Under the pieces are notes generated by a model, which was not told the DNA's origin, did not search any database, and was given only the letters and a program-made list of their open reading frames with translations. A stretch of DNA of 64,000 bases, taken from assembly GCA_964504365.1 (NCBI GenBank), contig CAZDDW010000005.1:1630-65629 (forward strand). Direction: 5' to 3'. Positions 56,436 through 64,000 of this stretch are shown here, piece by piece. The position numbers and the translations under genes are program-made. The stretch's first letter is position 1. Each line of letters opens with the position of its first letter. Source of the DNA: an uncultured Gammaproteobacteria bacterium. Its GTDB lineage: Bacteria; Patescibacteriota; Patescibacteriia; UBA9934; CAZDDW01.

Positions 56436-57200
56436 ATGGAAAACATTCTTTTACCAAACAAGATCACCTTTGAGGCAGGAAGCCATGATCATGAGCAAGT
56501 CATGATTGTTGAGCCTTGCTTTTACGGTTATGGTACGACACTCGGAAACGCGCTGCGACGCGTGTTACTTTCTTCATTACCGGGTGCTGCGGTCACTGCT
56601 GTTAAGATCAGTGGTGCAACGCACGAGTTTTCCTCTTTAGAAAATGTTAAGGAGGACGTTTTAGAAATTATTCTTAATCTCAAAGGTCTGCGTATGAAGG
56701 TTCATGTTGATGAGCCAGTCAAGCTGACTTTGAAGACTTCCGGTTCAAAAAGTGTTACTGGAAAGGATATTGAAGCTAATGCAGATGTAGAGATCGTGAA
56801 TACAGATATGCACATCGCTACTCTGACTGATGACAAAGCAGAGATTGAGATGGAGCTGACTGTTGAACGCGGTCGAGGTTTTGTGCCAACAGAAGAGCGT
56901 AAGGGAGAGAGCGGGGAGCTTGGTGTGATTGCCATTGATGCTTTGTTTTCGCCAGTACGTAACGTTGCTTACAAAGTTGAGAACACCCGTGTTGGTGAAA
57001 TTACCAACTTTGACAAGTTGGTGATGACTATTGAGACTGATGGAACTATTACACCTGAGGATGCTGTTAAAGAGTCAGCACAGGTTTTACTTGGTTACTT
57101 CTCATTGCTTACTCCAGAGGCTATGGAAAAGGCTGCTCAGCCTGAAGTGGCTGAGGAAGAAGAGGTTGTTGAAGAAGAAATTGAAACCGAGGAAGAATAA
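56436..57200 (+). CDS. rpoA: DNA-directed RNA polymerase alpha subunit, short form without canonical CTD
   Basis: 254 aa; alpha NTD; acidic tail; operon position. Confidence 0.85.
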   Translation: MENILLPNKITFEAGSHDHEQVMIVEPCFYGYGTTLGNALRRVLLSSLPGAAVTAVKISGATHEFSSLENVKEDVLEIILNLKGLRMKVHVDEPVKLTLKTSGSKSVTGKDIEANADVEIVNTDMHIATLTDDKAEIEMELTVERGRGFVPTEERKGESGELGVIAIDALFSPVRNVAYKVENTRVGEITNFDKLVMTIETDGTITPEDAVKESAQVLLGYFSLLTPEAMEKAAQPEVAEEEEVVEEEIETEEE

Positions 57201-57206
57201 AGAACT

Positions 57207-57557
57207 ATGCGCCACCGAAATACTACAAAGAGTTTGGGACGAAAAGTTGGACCACGTAAGGCTTTGATGAAAAGTTTGGCGCAGAATTTGATTTTACATG
57301 AAAAGATTAAGACCACTGAGGCCAAGGCTAAAGTGTTGCGACCGTATGTTGAGCGAATGGTAACCACTGCTAAGAAGGGTGACCTTACTGCTCGTCGTGC
57401 CTTGATGAAGGATTTGACCACTGAGGGTGCTGTTAAGAAAGCTCTTGAAGTAATTGGTCCTCGTTATAAGACTCGGGCAGGTGGTTATACACGAATTATT
57501 AAAGTTGGTACTCGTCAAGGTGATGGTGCTGAAATGGTTCAGATTGAATTTGTATAA
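57207..57557 (+). CDS. rplQ: 50S ribosomal protein L17
   Basis: MRHRNTTKSLGRKVGPRKALMKSLAQNLILHEKIKTT. Confidence 0.95.
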   Translation: MRHRNTTKSLGRKVGPRKALMKSLAQNLILHEKIKTTEAKAKVLRPYVERMVTTAKKGDLTARRALMKDLTTEGAVKKALEVIGPRYKTRAGGYTRIIKVGTRQGDGAEMVQIEFV

Positions 57558-57558
57558 T

Positions 57559-57921
57559 ATGGCATTAAAAGCAGATCGAAAAACACAACAGCTAGATGCA
57601 ACCGACCAGGCTATGGGTCGATTGGCTTCTGAGATTGCTCAGATTTTGATTGGCAAGCACAAGCCCGAGTATGTGCCACATTTTGATATGGGTGATAGCG
57701 TTGTTGTTTCTAATATCGATAAAATGAAAGTGACTGGAAAGAAGATGGAGCAGAAAGAGTACATCCGACATACTGGATATCCAGGTGGAATTCGACGAGT
57801 TTTGCTCGGCAAGCTCTGGGGTACAAAAGGTCCTGCTGAAGCTTTGCGACGTGCTGTATATAATATGCTTCCAAAGAATAAATTGCGAAATGGTCGTATG
57901 AAGCGATTGATTATCAAGTAA
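57559..57921 (+). CDS. rplM: 50S ribosomal protein L13
   Basis: start MALKADRKTQQLDATDQ. Confidence 0.9.
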   Translation: MALKADRKTQQLDATDQAMGRLASEIAQILIGKHKPEYVPHFDMGDSVVVSNIDKMKVTGKKMEQKEYIRHTGYPGGIRRVLLGKLWGTKGPAEALRRAVYNMLPKNKLRNGRMKRLIIK

Positions 57922-57923
57922 TT

Positions 57924-58328
57924 ATGGCTGATACTAAGAAAAAATATATTGAGGCAATTGGGCGACGCAAAACTGCTATTGCACGTGTGCGATTGTTTGA
58001 AGGCGGAAAAGGAAACTTTGAAGTAAATGAGAAAGAAGCTAACGTATTTTTTCCAGTTTACGAACATCAGGAAATGTTAACCGCGCCATTTACCGCAGTT
58101 GGTCAGGATGGAAAGTTTGATATAACAGTACATGTTCGCGGTGGTGGAATTAATGGTCAGGCTGAGGCTGTTCGATTGGGAGTTGCTCGTGCTTTGGAAA
58201 AGTATAATCCAGAATTCCGAGCCAGTTTGAAAAAGCTTGGTTACCTGAAGCGAGATGACCGAAAGCGCGAACGAAAGAAACCGGGATTGAAAGCAGCTCG
58301 TCGCGCACCACAGTGGAGCAAGCGATAA
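57924..58328 (+). CDS. rpsI: 30S ribosomal protein S9
   Basis: C-terminal KKPGLKAARRAPQWSKR. Confidence 0.95.
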   Translation: MADTKKKYIEAIGRRKTAIARVRLFEGGKGNFEVNEKEANVFFPVYEHQEMLTAPFTAVGQDGKFDITVHVRGGGINGQAEAVRLGVARALEKYNPEFRASLKKLGYLKRDDRKRERKKPGLKAARRAPQWSKR

Positions 58329-58339
58329 ATTTAAAAACA

Positions 58340-58372
58340 AAAAAGACGCCTTCTAGGGCGTCTTTTTGATTC
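58340..58372 (+). terminator. intrinsic terminator after rpsI (second hairpin 58385-58410 serves minus-strand gene)
   Basis: agacgccttctagggcgtctttttg. Confidence 0.7.
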
Positions 58373-58407
58373 AATAGGTCAAATAAAAATCCGCTCAACA
58401 GAGCGGA

Positions 58408-59517
58408 CTAGAAGCGGAAGGTGGGTCCGAACTGGACACCAGCCCAGAAGCCGCGGCGGTCGCCACCGACTGTGGCCTCCAGGTTCAGGCCGAACTTGTC
58501 GGTTAGCATCAGGTCGATTCCACCGATGAGCACACCACCAGGCGCGGTCATCTCAGCACCGAAGCTGATCAGGAACGCGCCTCCGACGTAGGGTTGAGCC
58601 TTCTTGTCGCCGAAGCGATATCGGGCGCCAACACGGGCATGGGGCATGAGCATCAGCCAGCCACCAAGGTCAGACTCGAAGCGGACCATGTTGGCACCGC
58701 CACCGAGATCCAGCTCCAGACCCTTGACCAAGCGGACGTGTCCTCGCAGGCCGAAGTTCAGGTACTGGGCACCGTGTGCCTGGGCAAAGCCGATCACGCC
58801 GAGAGAAAGACCACCAGGACTTGGCTTGTCACCGTTCCCGTTGGTCACTGGCGGATCCGGCTCACGGTAGACCTGGACCAACAGTTTGTCACCACTGACA
58901 TTGACCACTCGCGTGAATACGCCTTGAGTGGTTGCATACTGGATTACGTGGATGCCTGGTCGAATCGGGATCGTGCCCGATACGCCAGGGTTGCGTGCTG
59001 TGCCATCCAAGGAGAAGTAGAGCACATCATCGTCGATCAAGTCGTAGTTGAGCTCGATCAACGGAAGTGCCATCACTTCACCCTTGGCAATCAGGAAAGC
59101 CTGCTGCGGATCTGGTGGGTAGTCAGTGTCCCAGGGCAAGGTCGGGTCGATGATCAGTGCACGTCGAAAGTTGTTCAGCGCGCCCTCGCGATCACCAGCG
59201 TTGAAGCTGGCCATGCCTTGGAAGTAGAACAGGTTGATCAGGGTATCTCGATCAATGTCCAGGTCGTTCATGCAGGACAGAGCAGTCATTGCCCGTCCGA
59301 GCGTGCCGCGGGCATTCTCGTCGCTCAGAGCATCGATCAGCTCGATTCCTCGAGCCAACTCAGCGGCAATGTCCAACCCGATCAGAGACGAGTCAAGGCA
59401 GGTTATTTCCTGGAAATCGCCGATGATCTGTACGAACTCTGGCGGATCTTCACTCTCCTGTGCTCCCACAGGCAAGCAGAAACTGAACAGTGCGAGAATT
59501 GCAGTATATCGCAACAT
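58408..59517 (-). CDS. secreted protein with N-terminal TPR-like region and Gly/Ala-rich beta-rich C-terminal domain ending in Phe (OMP beta-barrel-like), GC-rich islet
   Basis: signal MLRYTAILALFSFCLPVGAQ; C-terminus ...GVQFGPTFRF; alternating hydrophobic pattern in last ~200 aa. Confidence 0.5.
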   Translation of the reverse strand: MLRYTAILALFSFCLPVGAQESEDPPEFVQIIGDFQEITCLDSSLIGLDIAAELARGIELIDALSDENARGTLGRAMTALSCMNDLDIDRDTLINLFYFQGMASFNAGDREGALNNFRRALIIDPTLPWDTDYPPDPQQAFLIAKGEVMALPLIELNYDLIDDDVLYFSLDGTARNPGVSGTIPIRPGIHVIQYATTQGVFTRVVNVSGDKLLVQVYREPDPPVTNGNGDKPSPGGLSLGVIGFAQAHGAQYLNFGLRGHVRLVKGLELDLGGGANMVRFESDLGGWLMLMPHARVGARYRFGDKKAQPYVGGAFLISFGAEMTAPGGVLIGGIDLMLTDKFGLNLEATVGGDRRGFWAGVQFGPTFRF

Positions 59518-59650
59518 CTTTGGTCTCCTGATGATGTTGAAAAGTCCTAACGTAGTGGTGATTAAACTTACTATATTAAGCGGGCTCTGTCAAGCCCATC
59601 TGAGCTTATCTGCGGTTTCCAAGAACGTAAAATTGTAGTAAAATAAGCCT

Positions 59651-61079
59651 ATGAGTGATACAAGTATTGCGAAAAATACCATGTATTTAACAGCAGCATC
59701 TATCGGTCAGAAGGTGCTTGCTTTTGTTTATTTCATGTTTATTGCCAGGGTGATGAAGGTTGAAGGAACTGGCGCATACTTTTTGGCCTTGTCCTTAACG
59801 ACGATCTTTTCGATCATAGCCGACTTTGGATTGCAACCTGTGATAATCCGCGAGATTGCCAAGGGTAAGGAAGTTGGGCGGCTGATTCGGACCGTACTTG
59901 GAATCAAGATTCCATTAATGCTCTTGGCTTTTTTGTCTGTTATCGTTGCTGCGTATCTACTTGGATATGATCCATTGGTTCGCACGCTAGTTACCTTGGC
60001 TGCTGTTGTTATGGTTCTTGACAGTGTTTCTCTAACGTTTTACGGAATCCTCCGCGGTCAGCAATTGCTAAAGTATGAGTCACTTGGCGTTTTTATCGGA
60101 CAAGCAATTATCTTGATTTTTGGCGGATCTGTATTGTTCTTGGCTCCGTCGCTTCCGATGTTAATCGTTGCGTTAATCTTCGGTAGTTCGTTCAACGCAA
60201 TCTTCTCGATTTCAATGGTGCTCAAACGTTTCGGGCGAAAAGCTTTTATTCCAAGTTGGGACAGTGCATTCGTGCGTCGTGTGTTAAAGATCGCTTTACC
60301 ATTTGCCTTGGCCGGTGTGTTTGTTAAAGTTTATTCGTACATCGACACTGTGCTTTTGTCACAGTTTCATGGTGAAGCTGCAGTTGGGCTTTATGCAGTG
60401 GCCTACAAGTTTACCTACGCTTTCCAGTTCTTGCCAATGGCTTTTGTGGCTGCCTTGTATCCAGGAATCAGTTCGCTCTTAGTTAAGGACCGTGAACGTG
60501 TTGTCTATGTGTTTGAAGACGCGATGTGGTACATGATGCTCTTGGTCACCGATCGTGCTTGGGATTTGGAGCATTGCCGATCAGATGATCCCAGCTTTTG
60601 TTGGTTCAGAATTTATTGGATCAATTTTACCACTTCAGATTTTGGTCTTCGTACTCTTTTTTATCTTTCTTGATTTTCCGATTGGTGCCTTGCTAAACGC
60701 AGCGGATCGACAGGTTACCAAAACTGCGATCATGGGTGTGACCATGGTTGTCAATGTCATTCTGAACTTTTTGTTAATCCCAGTTTACAGTGTGATTGGT
60801 GCCACTATCGCCGCTTTAGGTAGCTTCTTTGTTTTGTTCGCAGGAGGTCTGTATTTCGTACCACAGATCATCTCATGGAAACCAAGTCGGCTAATCCGCC
60901 GGTTACTCCCGATCCTGGTCAGCGGTCTTATTATGGCTGCGGTTGCAGTTTTATTGAAATCCCAGCTACATTTTGTGCTTGTCATTGTTGTTGCGGCAGT
61001 GGTCTATTTTGCTTTACTTTTTGCCTTTAAGGCGGTAAGTTGGAAACAGATTAAACAAGGATTAAGCCTGGTTAAATAG
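59651..61079 (+). pseudogene. Wzx-like polysaccharide flippase interrupted by a frameshift near 60525-60555 (or sequencing error)
   Basis: ORFs 59651-60673 and 60555-61079 are consecutive parts of one ~470-aa MOP-family protein in different frames; shifted reading of ctcttggtcaccgatcgtgcttggg continues as ...PIVLGIWSIADQ. Confidence 0.55.
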
Positions 61080-61080
61080 T

Positions 61081-62187
61081 ATGCGACGTATCTTGCTTCT
61101 CACTCTAGATTTTCCTCCACGACGGGGTGGTGTGGCCCGATATCTTTATGGTTTGGCTGAACATTGGAAAGATCAGATTTTTGTAGTTGCTCCACCAGAG
61201 ACTGGCTCGATCGGGCCAGACCAGGCTGCACCGTTTGAAATTAAGCGCGAGAAGATGCTTTACGATCGCTTCTGGCCGCGCTGGTTTAAATCGTTCCGCA
61301 CTGTTTCAAAATATCGAAGCAAATTTGACACACTCTGGATCAGTCACATTTTGCCCTTAGGAACAGTCGCTTTACTTGCTAAATGGTTTTTGCGAAAAGA
61401 CTATTTTATTTTTATGCACAGCATGGACTTTGCTTTGGCTACACGCAACGGTTGGAAGCGCTGGTTAACTGCAATGATTTTACGAGGAGCAAAGTTGGTG
61501 GTTACAAATTCGCATGCTCTTGAGGCCCGGGCTCAGGATTTTGTCGGTTCTGATTTTAAAACTTTAGTTGTTTATCCTTTTGTCCATCACGGCTTGGTGC
61601 GAGCAGACCTTGAAGATTCAGAGCAAGAGCCAAGGTCAATGTTAACCATGTTGACTGTTGGGCGTCTAGTTGGACGCAAAGGGCATCACAAGGTTCTTGA
61701 AGCAATGTCAAAATTAGTCGCAGCTGGCATGAACCAGATTCAGTACGTTATTGTTGGTTCAGGAATGGAGTATCACAGTTTGCTCAAGCATGCTCAAAAG
61801 TTAAACATCGAACCATTAGTTAAGTTTTATCAGAATGTTGGTGATGAGGATCTGCCGAGGATGTATCGCCAGGCAGATGTTTTTGTTATGCCAACAGAAG
61901 TGAAGGGGCGTGATCTTGAGGGCTTTGGAATTGTTTATTTAGAGGCTGGTTTGTCTGGTTTGCCAGTGATTGCTTCTAAACTACCTGGTGTAGATGAGGC
62001 CGTTGTCCATGGTCAGACCGGCGTCCTGGTTGAAGCGGGGAACTCAGATCAGATTGCGGCAGCGATTCGCTTCCTGGCAGAAAGTCCAGAAATGCGCACA
62101 CACTACGGTCGACTTGGTCGCAAGCGGGTTATGGAAGAATTCCTGTGTGAACATCAGGCCAAGAAACTAACACCATTCATGACATGA
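61081..62187 (+). CDS. glycosyltransferase family 4
   Basis: EGFGIVYLEAGLSGLPVIAS GT4 motif. Confidence 0.85.
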   Translation: MRRILLLTLDFPPRRGGVARYLYGLAEHWKDQIFVVAPPETGSIGPDQAAPFEIKREKMLYDRFWPRWFKSFRTVSKYRSKFDTLWISHILPLGTVALLAKWFLRKDYFIFMHSMDFALATRNGWKRWLTAMILRGAKLVVTNSHALEARAQDFVGSDFKTLVVYPFVHHGLVRADLEDSEQEPRSMLTMLTVGRLVGRKGHHKVLEAMSKLVAAGMNQIQYVIVGSGMEYHSLLKHAQKLNIEPLVKFYQNVGDEDLPRMYRQADVFVMPTEVKGRDLEGFGIVYLEAGLSGLPVIASKLPGVDEAVVHGQTGVLVEAGNSDQIAAAIRFLAESPEMRTHYGRLGRKRVMEEFLCEHQAKKLTPFMT

Positions 62188-62894
62188 ATCCTTTGATCTC
62201 AGTTATAATTCCGACTTGGAACGATGGCCCGGTTTTGGGTCGTTGTTTAGATTCCGTGTTTAATCAAACTTTGAAGGATTTCGAAGTGATTGTGGTCAAT
62301 GATGCTTCAACCGATAATACCCCTGAAGTTCTAGAGTCTTATCGTGATCGGATCACTTTGATAAACAATCCACCAAACCTAGCTCGCAATCCCAACCCAA
62401 CCCGAATGCGTGGATTTCAAGAAGCCAAGGGAAAATTCTTACTCTTTCTTGATTCTGATATCAAGATGCGTCAGGATATGCTTGAGTTGCTGCACCAGGC
62501 CTTGGTTGATCATCCAGAAGCGTCGTATGCTTATGGCTCGTTTCGCTTCGGTGGGAAGTTGTTTAAAGGATTTGAATTCGATCCTGATCGATTGCGTCAG
62601 GTGAATTACATTCACACTTCGGCGCTGATTAGGCGTGAGGATTTTCCAGGGTTTGATCCGATAATCAAAAAGTTTCAGGATTGGGATGTTTGGTTGACCA
62701 TGTTGGAGCACGGGAAGCATGGGGTGTTTGTTGATCAGATCTTGTTCCAGGCCGCAGTTGATGATCATAGTATTTCCAACTGGATGCCAAAGATTGCATA
62801 CAAGTTGCCTTGGAATCTGATTGGCTGGAAACCAAAGCGGATTAAACGATACGAAGAAGCGCAAGAAATTATTCGGCGCAAACACAATCTATGA
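62184..62894 (+). CDS. glycosyltransferase family 2
   Basis: ISVIIPTWND; DSD motif FLDSDI. Confidence 0.8.
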   Translation: MNPLISVIIPTWNDGPVLGRCLDSVFNQTLKDFEVIVVNDASTDNTPEVLESYRDRITLINNPPNLARNPNPTRMRGFQEAKGKFLLFLDSDIKMRQDMLELLHQALVDHPEASYAYGSFRFGGKLFKGFEFDPDRLRQVNYIHTSALIRREDFPGFDPIIKKFQDWDVWLTMLEHGKHGVFVDQILFQAAVDDHSISNWMPKIAYKLPWNLIGWKPKRIKRYEEAQEIIRRKHNL

Positions 62895-63748
62895 CAGATG
62901 TTTCGATAATCATTGTTAACTATAAAGTGGCTGACCTGGTTGAGCGCTGCATTGCTTCGGTTTACGAACACACGAAGGGTGTGAAGTTTGAGATTTATCT
63001 GATCGATAACGCGTCAGGTGATGATGTTGTTCCGCGAATCAGTGCAAAATTTCCCGAAGTTAATATCATCGCCAATAATGAGAATCTTGGTTTTGCTTCT
63101 GCGTGTAACCAAGGAATCCAGCTTTGTCGCGGTGAATTCGTGCTACTTTTGAATCCTGATACAGAATTAAAGGATGACGCAATTTCAAAAGTAGTCGATA
63201 AGATGCGAGGCGAGCAAGATGTTGGGATTGCTGGGATTCACTTACTAAACACTGATGGTACACACCAAAGCTCTGGTGTGCGACATTTTCCAAAACCACT
63301 GGATCAACTTCTGATCATGCTCAAGGTTCCACATCTGCTTGGTGATATCGGACCGGTTCGGAAGTACATGATGCACGATTTTGACTATCGCGATACACAG
63401 GACGTGGACCAGGTCATGGGTGCTTTTTATTGCGTCCGTCGAAAACTGATCGAACAAATTGGTCCGTTAGATCAAGGATTTTTTATCTGGTTCGAGGAGG
63501 TTGATTTTTGTCGCCGCGCCAAGAACGCTAACTGGCGCATCAGATATTATCACGATGTCGAAGCTTATCATCATCGTGGCACCAGCTTTGGTCAAGTTTC
63601 GACATTTAGAAAACAAGCCTGGATCCGCCGCAGCCTACGTCGCTACATGAAAAAACATCACGGCCCAGCGGCTTGGCTCTTGTTCGTGATCCTGGAGCCA
63701 GTATTTATTATCCTTGCCGCCGGCGCCCAAATAATAAAACCAAAATAA
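62891..63748 (+). CDS. glycosyltransferase family 2
   Basis: VSIIIVNYKVADL; DPD motif LLNPDT. Confidence 0.8.
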   Translation: MTDVSIIIVNYKVADLVERCIASVYEHTKGVKFEIYLIDNASGDDVVPRISAKFPEVNIIANNENLGFASACNQGIQLCRGEFVLLLNPDTELKDDAISKVVDKMRGEQDVGIAGIHLLNTDGTHQSSGVRHFPKPLDQLLIMLKVPHLLGDIGPVRKYMMHDFDYRDTQDVDQVMGAFYCVRRKLIEQIGPLDQGFFIWFEEVDFCRRAKNANWRIRYYHDVEAYHHRGTSFGQVSTFRKQAWIRRSLRRYMKKHHGPAAWLLFVILEPVFIILAAGAQIIKPK

Positions 63749-63751
63749 AAT

Positions 63752-64000
63752 ATGTGTTTCACTCCTAAGGTTTCCATAGCTACCGCGATTATTGAATTGA
63801 TTTTTGCTTGCATTATCTTTTTCAGATACAAAAAATCAAAGATTGCAAAGTTTGCTGCGTTGTTTGTTTTGCTGCTCGGGTTTTATCAGTTCACAGAATT
63901 CATGCTCTGTACTACTGGCAATACGCAGCTTTGGGGCAAGCTTGGATTTATCACTTACACAATCTTACCAGCGCTTGGTCTGCACCTGACGTTAAAGCAC
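63752..64000 (+). CDS. hypothetical membrane protein, truncated at window end
   Basis: hydrophobic N-terminus; ORF runs off window. Confidence 0.4.
   Translation, partial: MCFTPKVSIATAIIELIFACIIFFRYKKSKIAKFAALFVLLLGFYQFTEFMLCTTGNTQLWGKLGFITYTILPALGLHLTLKH

Noticed and set aside
58594-59550. 318-aa plus-strand ORF antisense to the OMP-like gene
   Set aside because: Same reasoning: GC-rich shadow. The minus-strand ORF has a signal peptide and a terminator shared with the rpsI end.

Overview
This 64-kb window is mostly low-GC (~42-45%) housekeeping backbone, punctuated by GC-rich (~58-66%) islets and three families of short intergenic repeats. No CRISPR array, rRNA, transposase or reverse transcriptase was seen.

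Backbone genes, in order:
- murF.
- A MacAB-like tripartite efflux set (HlyD-type adaptor, ABC ATPase, FtsX/MacB permease).
- A Kef-type antiporter.
- The CIRCE-controlled hrcA-grpE-dnaK-dnaJ operon.
- An ECF sigma / anti-sigma pair.
- cysS.
- An orphan VirD4/TraD-like P-loop ATPase.
- dnaX.
- A SpoU/TrmH methyltransferase.
- A thioredoxin-VKOR pair.
- A beta-CASP RNase.
- era.
- An RlmD-like methyltransferase.
- A NUDIX hydrolase.
- murJ.
- A short alaS.
- The cluster infA-rpmJ-rpsM-rpsK-rpsD-rpoA-rplQ-rplM-rpsI.
- A polysaccharide locus (Wzx flippase with a frameshift, one GT4 and two GT2).
- Two tRNAs (Glu-CUC, Gln-CUG).

Several proteins are unusually short: RpoA 254 aa, HrcA 232 aa, AlaS 582 aa. 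Together with the compact operons this suggests a reduced-genome lineage, possibly CPR/Patescibacteria-like. That is inference only.

What stands out:
1. At least ten GC-rich islets each look like a self-contained cassette (TTGACA-17-TATxxT promoter, SD, orphan ORF, intrinsic terminator) inserted between housekeeping operons. One is a lone TrpF-like gene. One is a tandem array of four domain-shuffled paralogs (19.3-22.6 kb), each unit with its own near-identical promoter and, for two, near-identical terminators.
2. A ~1.13-kb GC-rich transcription unit with no convincing ORF (10975-12101, minus strand) is bounded by a canonical promoter and terminator. It is a candidate large structured ncRNA.
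3. A ~230-nt promoter/terminator-bounded GC-rich RNA (42100-42327, minus strand) carries an SRP-RNA-like helix-8 motif.
4. A ~210-bp element family with GCCGGCCAC...GTGGCCGGCC inverted termini and a fused terminator hairpin occurs three times, one copy with a nested insertion.
5. Palindromic arrays of GTAGAxA heptamers occur three times, placing TAG stops in all frames on both strands. Two genes terminate inside them.
6. A G5/C5 multi-hairpin element occurs two and a half times, including an in-frame insertion inside rimK.
7. Both tRNA genes are followed ~150-170 bp downstream by a direct repeat of their own 3' end, bracketing a hairpin-containing mini-insert.

All calls rest on reading the sequence and the ORF track. 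No database search was run.
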